A stretch of 63,377 nt of DNA, counting the filler, from Rhabdomonas costata (taxonomy: Eukaryota): assembly GCA_019059605.1 (NCBI GenBank). It is 39 parts of 39 records of this genome, joined end to end, with 100 filler letters (N's around TTAATTAATTAA, not from the genome) between each part and the next. Parts side by side here need not be neighbours in the genome. Positions count along the whole stretch, not along the records: positions 48,832 to 50,359 come from JAHMHO010013775.1; positions 50,460 to 51,986 come from JAHMHO010013776.1; positions 52,087 to 53,613 come from JAHMHO010013777.1; positions 53,714 to 55,240 come from JAHMHO010013778.1; positions 55,341 to 56,867 come from JAHMHO010013779.1; positions 56,968 to 58,495 come from JAHMHO010013780.1; positions 58,596 to 60,122 come from JAHMHO010013781.1; positions 60,223 to 61,750 come from JAHMHO010013782.1; 31 more parts are not named here. One strand, 5' to 3'. A model generated the notes under the pieces. That model had not been told where the DNA came from. It saw only the letters and a list, made by a program, of their open reading frames with translations, and made no database searches. Below, in pieces: positions 48,975 to 61,908 of the stretch (positions within the stretch are counted from its first letter, which is position 1; each line of letters begins with the position of its first letter). A program made the position numbers and the translations under genes.

Positions 48975-51231
48975 CTGCAACCAGACACGCACCGCACAGG
49001 TCATGCACACCAACATATAAACATGTCATCACTGGGCACAAACCATTGAAGCAACGCACAAAAAAAGATTTGAAAAGTTGGAGAGCACAATACAAAGGTT
49101 CTAAGACAACGTAAACTGAGAACAAGCTTCCACCACGATGTGCAGAACGCACGCTTCCGGAAGCCGTATAAACCCCTCTCGGCCCTTCAACCGATACAAG
49201 CCTTAAGATCGCTCTTTATAACAGGTCAGCTTCTCCACTTCCACACAGCGACTAGCCCACCAGCTTGCTTAACTCTTTGGCTGGGCGTCTCCTCCCTTGC
49301 CCTTCCTTCCTCACACAGTTCTCGCTCGAATATCCAAGCGTGCAGTGTCTCCATCAGTTCGTTTCTCGAACCCGCCCAAGTGTGTGGAAAATCCTTCCGT
49401 AAAAAGCACCTTCCGTGGGCCGTGACTTCGCGCAGCAACTCTTCTTTGCCGCAGGCTCATCGATACCTAAAACAGAAGACAAGGAAGGGCCTGAATTCTT
49501 CCGTTTTTTCCGCTGACTTCCAGGCTCAGGCTTAACCCAAGTATTGCCCATGACACCCAAAAGCGAGACAATTAACTCCTTGTACATTAAAGCTTACGAT
49601 TTCGGAGAGCGGAAAAAATGAGGCGCAACAGTTTTTGGCATGGTGAAACCCAAAATGTTGTCAGGAAGCTGTCAAGGAAGCCTGAATATTCTCCTCTGGG
49701 GAAGCGGGGAAGCTTTGCCGGGGGTTAGGTTGCGATGCAAGTGTCCCTGCGATCTTCCAGGTTGCCTTTGGGCAGCGGTGCACAGCGGAGGGGAGCGGCC
49801 CAAGATTCTGAGGGGTTTTTCAGTTTTGTCACGGGCTCAACGATAATTGGTGTGTGTCCACAAATCCCCGTTGGAAGCGAAAAACTTAGTGGAGATCAAC
49901 AACAATAACTTGGTGGAACGCAACTCTTTATTACGCTTCGCAGGCACGTTCGAGCGAGAGGAAGGAGTAACTACCGTTGCCCGTGAAAGGACGGCGAGGG
50001 CAAAGCGACATCAAAAACGCGTTTGTGGGGGTTGTGTTTATTTTTCTGATGCGACATCGCATGTGCTCTTGCTGAGCATACCGGCATGACACAGGCATGG
50101 GAATGGGAACGAATAGCCATGGATGGAGGACCCGAACCCACAAGGGCAATAGCGCCCAAAGGGAAGTGTACGAGCGCGGAAGGTTGGGTACCCACAAAGA
50201 GATCTCTAAACGCCCCAATCGGGGTTCCCAACGCCCCGCGTACACTGTGGATCGGGGGTCACATGGGGTAAACCAACCCTACGTGACAAGACAGCGGGAC
50301 AAGGTACCATGGGCCGACAAGGGTGTGAGGCCCGATGGGCCCATGCCCCATCGAAAGGTNNNNNNNNNNNNNNNNNNNNNNNNNNNNNNNNNNNNNNNNN
50401 NNNTTAATTAATTAANNNNNNNNNNNNNNNNNNNNNNNNNNNNNNNNNNNNNNNNNNNNAACAAGAAAGTGGTGAAAAGCCGGAAGGTGGTAAGAGTGAC
50501 GTGGGCAGAGCTCAGAACTGCGGAGAAGCACTCCTGGAGGGCTGTGGGAGGGGGAGGGGAGCAAAAACATTTTGGAGGATTCTAGAATATATGCGGGGTC
50601 CCAGTCACTGGGCCGAATTACGTATTTTTTACGAGGCGAAAATAGGGGGATTTTGAATTTCGCGGATGTTTTGCGTTAAACTGTATAAAACTATCTTCCC
50701 GTAACGTGTGCTTGCGGGAGGACTTATCTGTGGTCAGAAGGCCCTGTGGTCACAAGCCCGTGTGGCCCTGTGGTCACAAGGCACAAGGTGCGTGCAAGGC
50801 AGAGCTGTGGAAAACAATACGAACATCTAAACAGGAATTGATTGGGGTGACTTGCCAACCTGTTCGACCCAAATAGAGTAAAAAGCGTGCGGGGATCCCT
50901 GCCTGAAGCAGGGAGTGCAGGGATTTGTGGAATTGGGGCCCTTCTCCGTTTTGTGCATCAGCTGGGACTTCTGAGGTCATGGCTGCGCTCCGGTTCAGAT
51001 GGGATTTGAGGTGTGCGAGGGTGAATCCAACTGTGGGGGAGCATAGAGTACTTTTTTCCTCTCTACTGCACTGGCAGTTTTTTTTTCTTTTTTCCCTCCA
51101 TTCTGGTCTCCCTCCCCTTCCCGACTTTTCAATTCTGTGCGTTCGTACCGCCGCGCGTCTCCGCGCGTTTCCCTCCTCCCCTCCTCCCCGTCCATTTTGC
51201 CTTGTGTGCCTGTTTGCCTGCTTGTTCTGCA

Positions 51232-51953
51232 ATGCTGTCCACGCTGACATTTGGTCCCGCGCCCACACCCTCCCGCGCGAGTCGGGGTGGGGGAGGAGAT
51301 GGTGCCTCCGCGACTGGGGAGCTCCCCGCGAAGCTTCGGCGGGTCGTTGTGTCCTCCACTGGTGCAGGCCCTGGCCACCTTTCCTCACCACAGCCGCCTT
51401 TGCCGTTGCCGTTGCCGTCGACCCTGCCCCTACGGGCAGTGTTCATATCGCCCTACACCCCAGCTTCTGGTTTGTATGTGGGGGGAGGGAGGACTACACG
51501 CAGCGCAGTGTGAGTGTAAAACCACAGCTAAGGATTCTTTTTTCAAAAACTAAAAAAAATCGAGAAAAAATGAACAAAATTGTATATAAAAATTAATAAA
51601 AAAAACTATTGCATTCAAAAAAATATATAAAAGAATCCCTGCCCCGCGTCACGAAGGTTCTTCATTTTGTAGAAAAGGCAACAACTTTGCCGCCTTCAAA
51701 GCGCAACCAGCCATCATGTTCACGTTGCTTTCACTTGCACCCCTGACTTCGCAACCCCCCTTTTCATGTTTCTCTTCAGGGAACCGCACCACGGCCTCCC
51801 GGCTGACGGGGATCTTGCGGGCCCTGGGCCACGAGGTCACCCTGGTACAGCCCCAGAAGCAGAGCCAGGCCGAGATGGAGGCCGTGGTGGCGGAGGCCGG
51901 GATTTGCGTAGCGCTGCACGCGTGGCGGTCCGGGGTGATGCTGCTGGGATGCG
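51232..51953 (+). CDS. GT-B glycosyltransferase, GLT1D1/SenB-like (partial; exons 51232-51469 and 51780-51953)
   Basis: AVFISPYTPASGNRTTASRLTGILRALGH...VALHAWRSG; phase-1 GT-AG intron. Confidence 0.8.
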
Positions 51954-54900
51954 GTTTGTGACCAATACTCTCTCCCCAACCCACAANNNNNNNNNNNNNN
52001 NNNNNNNNNNNNNNNNNNNNNNNNNNNNNNTTAATTAATTAANNNNNNNNNNNNNNNNNNNNNNNNNNNNNNNNNNNNNNNNNNNNCTGCGGACAGGTGT
52101 GTTTTGTTATCCACTGAGTCCGAAACGGGGATTGAGGTGATGTGCGATGACAGAATGGATCATGGATATGCATGGAGCAGGATATGGACACGCGAGTGTG
52201 TAGTGTACGATCGACTGAAGATGTTAAGATCCCCCGGTCTCTGTGGGTGCTGCCGTTTCTGTTGCGGTTTCCCCAGGGTGAATCGGACCGATTGCAAGGT
52301 ACCGCTTTTGGATCTTAAAAGCTGGTCTTTGCTGTGTCTGCCTCCCTGTCTCAAGCCCACACTTTCTTGCTTTGAAAGCACCTCCTCCCTCCTCCCTCGG
52401 CAAGTTCCGAGGTCATGCATACACTTTCGTACGTCTGTCCCTTGCCCATGCAAGACATCTTTGAAATCACTGACATCCCTTGGTGCATCGCCCACTTGTA
52501 CCTGGTGTGAGAATCCCCGTGAACGGTAATCGCGTCATGTCTGCTCTCAGCAGCGTCGGAGTCAGCCGAGCCACGGAGGAGCAGCTCGGGCTGGATTTAC
52601 GGAACCTTTTTGCCCGCACCCCGTCCTCTCCGCCCTCCACTTCACAGCGCGGCGCCTCGACGGGTCCCCAGCGACGCCCTCGTTCTACCCCTTCCCCAAC
52701 AAGGCGACTTCGATGGGCTCACCCCCCAGCGTAATTGTTACCCACACAGAGCGTGTGCTTTGAGTTTGGTTGAGGTAAGCCCTTCCGGAAAACAAGGGGG
52801 GTTGCGGTGAAATGCGATTTGGGTTGGATTTTCTTTTCTTTCTTTGTTTCTTTGTCTTTATCTGCCTTTCTTTTTGATATCGCGATGTTTATGTGCACTG
52901 TATGCATTATTTCTTTGACTTGGAGCTCAATCGTGGTTTTCTGTGTGTTTGTGTGTATGTGGAGTTGGATTGCCTCGCCTGCTATTTCCATCGTTCACGT
53001 GCACCATATCAAGGCATTGTTTTCGTTCTGTTTTGGGGGCTATGCCTCAAATGTAGGTGCTCGCTTGGCCGTGAGTGAGTGACACCACCGGTCAGTTCGC
53101 GGGCTGAAACCTGGGTGTCTCCCTCCAGGGGAGGGAATTGACGTGAAACAGGGAAAGCAGTTCATTGGATCGCTTTTAATGGCATTGTAGTTGAGCTGCT
53201 TGTGGAACGGCAATGCTTAGATTTCAGCTTTTGTATGCGAAATGCGTGGCCTCTGCTGGTGGAATTCATTTTCTGGAGCAATGGAGCAGTGCAGAGATAG
53301 CGATATATCTTGAGTTCCCCTCTCTCGTTGAACGGCGAGGTGCCTCCCGTGGCTCACGTCTCCTTCTTCAACCCCTCGCTCCCCCAACCCTCAACCTCTC
53401 TGCGCCGCCACGCTGACTCTTTTAGCTTCAGGCGTGCTCAGCCGAGGGGACGGTGGAGGGGGAGCTGTAATGCCTTTTCTTCGGAATTCATAGAGGGCGA
53501 TGCCCACCGCGTTTTTCTTTGGCTTTGAAATATCGCGTCGCATCTCCCTCTATGAATTCCGAAGAAAAGGCATTACAGCTCCCCCACCACCCACCCAAAC
53601 ACACACCAAAACANNNNNNNNNNNNNNNNNNNNNNNNNNNNNNNNNNNNNNNNNNNNTTAATTAATTAANNNNNNNNNNNNNNNNNNNNNNNNNNNNNNN
53701 NNNNNNNNNNNNNGGTGTTTGGGTGTGGGGGGAGCCATGCCGGTTGGAAGGGGCCCCGCGGGGGTCACTTGGAGAGCGCCGACGGGGGCTGGGTTCCCTC
53801 CCGGTATGGCGCCGCTGCTCAGAGCGGTGAGGAGAACGGGTTGAGGAGTGAGTCTCCGGGATTCTATGGCGGCTTGACATTACAGAAATATGAAAGACTG
53901 AGGGGAAGAGTGCGCAAATAACGGGACTGGATGAAAGACAATGAAAGGTGATGAAGTAATAGCATTGCAAGTGGTATGGCTATGTCAGGAAGAAAAAAGA
54001 CCACAGGGTCTTCCGTGACGCATCAAAATAAGACGTCAGTAGGAATGAAAGGCTGTGCTGAGTTCAAATATGAGTCTGTTGTGTTTGCCTTACCGACAAA
54101 AACAGGTCGGTGTTCGAAGCATTTCCTATTGACGGCGTTTAAAGACAGCAAATCCAGAAACCATTCGTTTGGTTTCTTATCCACGCGAAAGCCACCGGCC
54201 TCTGAAGTTGCGCTTGAACCGTGAGCGCCAGGGGTATACACAGCCATAAATTTGGCTCACACAGGGTGTTCACAGCAAAACCAGAAGTCCCCCACGAAAC
54301 GCAGCCTGAGTCTTTCAGAGGCAAAGGAGCATCACCAAAAAAACAGACAGTCTGCACAGAAATTGTCAGGCCAACAGACCTAAGCGTATCCAGCCTCGAG
54401 TCTTACACCGTACACAGCTCCTGCCCTCATTGTCTCCGTGGAACCGAACCGAGGAAGTTGGTGAAGGCGGCGCAGTAAACACCGCTGCTAGGGCCAGGGC
54501 AGCATTTCCGCGGTCCTGCCAGAGCCTCGGAAAAGGGAACCATTTCAAAGACTTCAAGGACGGGTCTGCAATGACTTTTACTAATCACGTTGGAACGTTG
54601 GAGGCGCCGCGGTCAGAGCAGCCTCTGCTCCTTCTGCCTGCATCATGGAAGGAGTGCCGAGCGACGGCGTCATGGGAGCGGGGCGGGTTCCGGAGAGAGG
54701 TACCTTAGGCGATCCCATGCAGGTTCCCGCTTCATCACGGAAAGGTGGTCGTAGAAGGTGTGACACTTCCGGCAGATCCTCCTGAGATTTGCCGGGACAT
54801 CCATCAGAGTGGACTTGCTCAGCAACACAAGCGGGGGCTCCGGGCCTCCCCCGCGCCACCGCAGACCACGCTGAAGCATCCTGAGCGATCCAAAAGAATG

Positions 54901-55412
54901 CAGACCGGGAATTTGTCGGAAGGCAAGTTTCCCAAACTTTATCGCTCTACACAGTGGCTGACACATTGGGGATTGCCGTTTCAGATTTCGTTTTGATTAT
55001 GAACTTTGAATCCTATGAATGTGATACATCCAAGGCTACTCATGTGCGCAGCAGTCTCTCTCTGGGTGCCAGTGTCTGTCTGGGTAACATGGAAACCTGA
55101 ACTGAATGTCCTGTCACTTCCGAGTCCTTGCGAAATCCTCCGGAAATCTTCACGGCGTGGGGCGGTGCTGGGAAGATTTCCGGAGGATTTCGCAAGGACT
55201 CGGAAGTGACAGGACATTCAATTCAGGTTTCCAACCCAACNNNNNNNNNNNNNNNNNNNNNNNNNNNNNNNNNNNNNNNNNNNNTTAATTAATTAANNNN
55301 NNNNNNNNNNNNNNNNNNNNNNNNNNNNNNNNNNNNNNNNTGTGTGGTGGGGGTGGAACAATGAAGCAGTGCGGGTGGATGAAGAGATGAAGGTCGAGAA
55401 GCGGTTCTCTAC

Positions 55413-55542
55413 CCATGATCTTCACCGCGACTTGCTGCCCGGTCTGTACGTTGGTCGCCGCCTTGACTTTGCTGAAGTGGCCCTTGCCCAAGGTCCTGCC
55501 CAGCTCATACTTGCCCCCGACCGTCTTGCTGAACAGTCCCAT
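55413..55542 (-). CDS. CAMK-group (SNF1/CIPK-like) kinase, first exon
   Basis: MGLFSKTVGGKYELGRTLGKGHFSKVKAATNVQTGQQVAVKIM then a GT donor. Confidence 0.9.
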
Positions 55543-57032
55543 CGCTCTGGCGGGGATGCGAGTGGGAAAAGAACAAAAACCGAGGCAAAAAGAAGCCCAA
55601 GGAGAACACAAGGGCGAGAGCGGAGGGCCTGGGGCGCTGCCGCGGTGGGACTGAAAAGAAAACTCGGTTGATCAGAAGAAGGCCGCGGGGGAAATGGCTC
55701 AGAGAGATATGATACTAAAGAGCCTATAAAGAAAAAGAACACAAAAAGTGAAGGAACACAAGGAAATCTATCATACTATCATACAGTTTGCCCTACCAGC
55801 AATCCGAAGCAGGCTCGGTATTTGTTGTGCACCTGGGAGCCTCCCAAAGCGCTGTTTGACCGGTCCTCTTACCCCTAGGCTCTTCCTTTTTGTTTTTCTT
55901 CCGCCATCGCAGCGGAGGGTTTGCCGACGGCACCCAAAACGTTTGAACAAAAACCACTATCCTTCCACATCTCCCCGCGAAAGGGTGCCCACACAAAGGA
56001 ACTCTCTCAGCCGCCTGATGCCCATCAAAATCGCACTGTTCCTGATGCTGAGGATCGCGTTGTTCATTCTCCTAAGATACACTCCAATGCAATGCCCCCA
56101 CCTCAGGACACATGTAAAATCCCCTTTTTTCTTTGTCGTCATTCCAGTCATTCAAGAGCCTTTAACGCCACCAGCATCCGGCCAACGAAATTATACAGCT
56201 CCATCGCTTCAATTTCACTGAACGTCGCATATTCCTCTTGAAGTTCTGCGTTGCAAAATGCAGGCTAATCACTGGAACCCCGCGACCCCGCGATGCAACA
56301 TTCATTCCAAGTTAGCAGTGATTAAGGGCCGGGGGTGCGACGACCCAAGAGAGCTTTGAACAAAGAAAAAAACCAGAAGCTCCCAAGCTCACTGTTCCAA
56401 AAATATGGGTGAGGGGAGGGGCCAGCTGAGATTCTAGAGCATGGTGGGGAAAAGGATGCTCATAATCTCTCACCTCAAAACGTTTCAGAATGGATTTCAC
56501 GGTGCAACGCTGGTCGTTAGCCAGCAGAACGTGGGCATTTGCACGGTACACGGTACATCAAAAAAAGATGCGTATGGTAGAAGAGAAGGAGAAAGGCGCG
56601 GAAGAGATTATCAAGTCCAACACCGCTGGGGATTAGATCACTTGGCGGGGGCATGCAATGATTATCCCCAGACAAGCAAAAGAGGTCAGGCAGAGCTCCG
56701 CTCATAAAGCGTTTCCAAGTGGCAAGGGGATGGAGGCACTAACATTTACGACACAGAAGGCGGCCAACAAGCGGGTGAGAAGGCCACCACGCCAAAGGAG
56801 AAGGGACCCCGTATTCAATGGATACGCCCGGGGACGGTAGACGGTTCCCCGCGAACAAACACCACCCNNNNNNNNNNNNNNNNNNNNNNNNNNNNNNNNN
56901 NNNNNNNNNNNTTAATTAATTAANNNNNNNNNNNNNNNNNNNNNNNNNNNNNNNNNNNNNNNNNNNNGGGTGTGGGTTTCCAGAGCGTTTGTGGGTTGTG
57001 ATTGACTTCAGAGCTACTGTGCTTCCAGAGTT

Positions 57033-57734
57033 GTGGAGATGTTCCAGACCACTAATCCACCTGCAGAGAAGCGTTACTGGGCAGTTCTGAACGCGTTTGT
57101 GAGGGCCAATATGCAGAATCGGTATGAGTCTTGTGTGCAGTGCTTTGATAAGTCTTCCACAGATTTGGATAATGTGCGAAAAGAGACTGCAGAGCGACTG
57201 AATTGCAGATGTTCGGGAGTGGTTGAAAGTACCACGAGGTGGATGAATGCAGTGCAGTGGATTTCATATCGGTACAATTACATGAAAGAGAATGCAGAGA
57301 TCACAAATCTAGTGGGTATTCTGGAGCAGGGAAGAGTTGATATGGCTAATGCTATGCAGGAGTTGAACAAGTGGAGGATGGTTGCCAAGGGATCTCCACA
57401 GGTATCGACCCTGAGTACCATTCCACCATTGTTGGAGGATCATTCCATGGTGACGTATGTGATAGAGGTGGTTGAACAGATTGATGGATCGGTTCTGATT
57501 TCAGAACGGGAGAATATCGGGGGGTTGCTTAATGAGGTTCTGAGGAGGAAGCTTGTTTACAGAGAATTTTTGTCCCAGCTTCCAGAGACGAGACAGTGGG
57601 TGATGTATGTCCCTCGGTCCCCGAAGCCCCCTCCACAGCCACCAGTTTCAGATACGTTGGGTGAGATTTTGCGACAGATGAAGATGGGTAGGGGACAGTT
57701 GGTGGAACCTCCCAGAGGAGGTAATGCACAGTAA
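57033..57734 (+). CDS. Intronless hypothetical protein, 233 aa (virus/TE-like contig; may be 5'-partial)
   Basis: Long ORF without splice signals. Confidence 0.6.
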   Translation: MEMFQTTNPPAEKRYWAVLNAFVRANMQNRYESCVQCFDKSSTDLDNVRKETAERLNCRCSGVVESTTRWMNAVQWISYRYNYMKENAEITNLVGILEQGRVDMANAMQELNKWRMVAKGSPQVSTLSTIPPLLEDHSMVTYVIEVVEQIDGSVLISERENIGGLLNEVLRRKLVYREFLSQLPETRQWVMYVPRSPKPPPQPPVSDTLGEILRQMKMGRGQLVEPPRGGNAQ

Positions 57735-57834
57735 GTGACGGGAACCACAATGACAGGGGTGGCCAGAGTCACGCCCTCGACTTCCACAGAGAGTGCAGTG
57801 CCCAAGGCGGCTTCAAAAACAGTTCCAAAGTTGA

Positions 57835-58495
57835 TTGTTTTATAAATTCCCAGTGTTAGACAATACAGAGAGGATTATGGTGATTGACGTGGAGTTCATA
57901 GAATACTCAAGTGAGGTGGTTGAATCCAGAGTTCCACATTATCAGGCCGTTACGTGGATAAAAGGCAGAGGAGCGGTGTACACAGGGAGTACTTTGAATT
58001 ATCTGTGTGCTAATTGGGACTCGCCCACGTTTTGGTGTGGTAAGAACTTCAGTAACACGAGGCAGTGGTGGACTTTTGAGCAGTTTGTTTCTCTTCAGAG
58101 TACCATATGAGGGGGAAAAAGCCCCTCTGGACAGTGAGGCTGCCGAGAGAGTTGGCGTGGGCCTACAGAGTTCCAGAGGGAGATAAAGTTTACTTTGCAG
58201 TCTACAACGTGCACCCCCTGATCAGTGCGAAACATTATTTGTCCAGACCCGAGTTTGATGACCCATCCAGAGTGATTAACGAGGTGGACCGGAGTTGTTG
58301 GTGGTACGCAGAGAACAACGTTCACCAGTTAAGAAACAGTCCAGGAGAAGCGGGTACAACGTTTGGGCAGGCTTTGCAGAGATTGAAGTCGGCGGTGCCG
58401 AAGATGAAGCCGGATAAGTTAATTGTTAAGGGAAATCCAGAGGAGGCTGAGTTGCTGAGCAAATATTTTGAGTTGGTAGGACTTCCCCACACACA
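57835..58495 (+). CDS. Two overlapping ORFs (57835-58110 and 58107-end), possibly a split DEDD-exonuclease-like protein
   Basis: IMVIDVEF (ExoI-like DxE), then NNVHQL..SPG and LIVKGNPEE; ATGA stop/start overlap at 58107-58110. Confidence 0.45.
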
Positions 58496-58958
58496 NNNNN
58501 NNNNNNNNNNNNNNNNNNNNNNNNNNNNNNNNNNNNNNNTTAATTAATTAANNNNNNNNNNNNNNNNNNNNNNNNNNNNNNNNNNNNNNNNNNNNTGTGT
58601 TGGGGGAGTTTCTCATTTAGCACTGCGAAAGAGTGCTATACGATTCTGGTAAACGACTGGGAGTATCACTGGGAGGAGCTTTGTTGAACGGGTTGGTTCA
58701 GGTTAAGGTTGTCAGCGATCGCGAAATGGCTATATTTCATAAAAATCGGGTTGCGATGAACGAGCGCCGCTTTAAGAGACAGTAGTTGATTTAAAGGGTT
58801 GGAAAAAACTGACCGCAGCCAAACATGTTGCACTGCAAAACGCTCGTTCCCCCAGCAGCACTCCTGCATAATGAAAAGTGGCCCCTTCAGAATCGTTGCA
58901 GAAGGCCATTAAACAAACCCCTGCAATTCGGGAAGAGCACAGGCACTGATTCGCAGAC

Positions 58959-59574
58959 CAAGTCTTGGACGTTGACCTCGAGGAAATACGTCCCGATGTG
59001 CGCGTTCCGCCGTAGCTGGTCTCTGTACTTGTTTTCCAGACTTTCCCCAGAAGGTCGAAACATCCGAACAAACTCCTTGAAGTCCTTCTTTACCTCATCT
59101 AAACACCCACCCACTCACCTCAGCAACCAGTGTCAGGGATGACGCCAGTGATTGTAACGAACCAACCATACCCACCACACACATCTCGGTGGACCACTGC
59201 GTATGGCTTCGTCCGGTGAGATGTCAGTCAGTCCACAAATCAACAAGCAACAAATATGGCATGCATATGGCAAATATGGCATGCATACCTCCACCATCCC
59301 TGGGTCGGACCCCCCTCCCTTACTCTACTACAGTAACGCCTGGACAGCCTCACCAGACTTCCGACGAGGTCCTGATGAGATGGGTCACAACATGCCCACA
59401 CACCCGCACACGGGCCAGCAGAACCGCGGAAGTAAAACCAACCGCGGAAGGTAAATGCATGCCTGGGGGAGGGGGCCTGTCGGCCGCGCCATCGTCGGCC
59501 TCATCCCCGGCAGCCTCGGCGCGGTGCTCCACGCCCACGTAGCGGCTCGTCACCGCTCCCTCGTCATACTCCAT
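58959..59574 (-). CDS. MCM5: DNA replication licensing factor MCM5, N-terminus (exons 59574-59463 and 59098-58959)
   Basis: MEYDEGAV...KKDFKEFVRMF...KYRDQLRRNAHIGTYFLEVNVQDL. Confidence 0.88.
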
Positions 59575-60793
59575 TCCTCACCCACCCACACAGCGGAGCA
59601 GGGGCAAAACGAAAGAAAGCAAACAACAAAGGCCAAGGTTTCACGCACTCCGCTTGATAGAAAGGCAGGGCACACCCCTGAACAGGACCTGCAAAAGGGC
59701 GGCACAAGAAACGCATCGTTAGCATAAAAAGAAACTTAAATAATTCTGCCCATACACGTTGTACGCTTTATTTACTTCAGCGCAACAGTGCATAGACATT
59801 CTGCTCAAATTTTTCCCACAGAACATGTCCCAACGGAACACATACAACGAAAAACTCCTAACCCTCCCTGGAATGACAGTGTAATATCACCAAACGCTTG
59901 ACTTCGAGGAAAGAAGGAAGGGCTCTTACGCATGGCAGAACCATCTGAATCCACTCTCCCTTCGGATGGAAGAGCGGAAGGAAGAAACCAAGAAGCCAAA
60001 CACGTTCCGTCATCATATTATCCGTTGGAAATGGCAAGGCAACGCTGGTGTAACAAACAAAGACCAGGACCAGGACAAGAGTGTTAGAGTGATGCTCAGG
60101 GCTAGTGTGCTAACGTTGGGGCNNNNNNNNNNNNNNNNNNNNNNNNNNNNNNNNNNNNNNNNNNNNTTAATTAATTAANNNNNNNNNNNNNNNNNNNNNN
60201 NNNNNNNNNNNNNNNNNNNNNNGGTGTTGGGGGACTTTGCGATTACCACTGGTAACCAAGGATAACTATTGGTAACAGAAAACTGGTGTAAAACTTTTGC
60301 GAACTTATCTTTAAAACGGTTAGGTGAAGCATCCCAGCACTCTCGTCTTTGCCTTTGAGTAAGGGGGTGAGGTAAACTTTGCCAGCGCTCCCTACATGAA
60401 AACCACTGGTGGGTAAGGACTCGCCGATAATATGGCGGCACGAGCAGGCGGCTGGGGGAGGGACGAGACCTGTGGGGCATCCAACAGCTTCTAAAATATG
60501 CTCCTATAGAAAGAATTGCCACCATTGGTGACGTTCGCCACTGTTAACCGTTACCACTTCCCCCGCCCAAACTCCGGAGCAGCACAAGTCGGGTGGAAAT
60601 TAGCGGGTCAAAAAAGGATAGGGGATTCTTCAAATCGTCACCAGAGACCACTTTGATACTAGCATCGTCCACCAAAACGTGCACAGGACCAGCATCCGCG
60701 AGCCCATCATCGATGAGGGGTCTTGAGATCACCGTCCAACCACCGCGTAGACATGTACACACGCACGAATGAGCACAAGAGCACGCGAGGAAC

Positions 60794-61718
60794 CGTCTTG
60801 CCCTTCAAGCCGCTCAGCAGCAGCTTCAGCCCAACATTGCCCAGCGGGTTGTGGGCGACGCTGATGGACATCAGGCTCTGGTTGCTGTTGAAGCCCTTGC
60901 CCAGCGCACGGGCCTCCTCCACACCCAGCCCTAAAAAGGCAAGAGAACCCAGTGACCGCAAGATTGGTCCGAATTACAACTACATAGAGGTCGTGACTAG
61001 TGCATAAGCTGCGCCGAAAGTACAGCAGCAAATCCTATTCTGACGTATGCAGATGGCCGGTAAAAGACAGTGGGAAGACAAAGCAGCGGGTCAGCATACC
61101 AGTGTTGTGGAGGTTGAGCTCCCGCAGCGCATTGTTGTCCTTCAAAACCTGAGAGGCGGGGCGGCAAATAACATGGAAGGGCTGCAGATGGTGAACATGC
61201 TCACGCTTCGCAAATTGAGGGATGCGCTTGTACAAAACTAACCCGAAGCGCCTCACGTGCGAAGTTGCTCAGAATGTACGGACGGAGGAAGCAGCTCTGA
61301 CATTACATGAAATCAACATACACATTGATTTGCACCTCAGCTTTCTGATTGGGTGGGTGCCCAATCCACCCTCCCCTCCGCATCCGGGTACCCTGGCGCG
61401 GTCAGAGTTGTCTTTTTGTTGTCCCAATTCTACATCCTTGCGCACCTGATGGTCAACTTCCAAACTCCCACGGGAATTTCTCTGAAGATTGATAACACAC
61501 ACACACACACACACACACACAGTGCTGACAAACCTCCCCCAGGGTGATCAGGGAGTCAGCCAGCTTGTTGCTCTGCAGGCTGAGGCTCTGCAGAGTGGCA
61601 TTCTCACGCAGCGCGGAGGCCAGTGCCAGGCCCCCTTCGGCGCGGATCTCGTTGGCACACAGTGAGAGCGTCAGCAAGGCCTCGTTGGTTCGCAGCATTG
61701 ATGCCACCGCAACGGCCC
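60794..61718 (-). CDS. RNI-like leucine-rich repeat protein (partial, three exons)
   Basis: LRTNEALLTLSLCANEIRAEGGLALASALRENATLQSLSLQSN, LKDNNALRELNLHNT, NQSLMSISVAHNPLG. Confidence 0.9.
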
Positions 61719-61908
61719 CTGTCAGGCATATGCAAAACACAAAACAAACANNNNNNNNNNNNNNNNNNNNNNNNNNNNNNNNNNNNNNNNNNNNTTAATT
61801 AATTAANNNNNNNNNNNNNNNNNNNNNNNNNNNNNNNNNNNNNNNNNNNNGGTTTGTGTGGAAGGCAAGGGGATTGCTCTGGTCATTGGCTGTGGGCACC
61901 CCACGATT

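Noticed and set aside
50728..50782. Short imperfect repeats of CTGTGGTCA(C/G)AAG
   Set aside because: Three copies without unique spacers; a minisatellite, not CRISPR.
53458..53585. Long inverted repeat at a contig end
   Set aside because: Same terminal fold-back pattern; one mismatch, but position argues for an artefact.
55090..55233. Long inverted repeat producing mirrored ORFs (MSCHFRVLAKSSGNL on both strands)
   Set aside because: Contig-terminal fold-back artefact.
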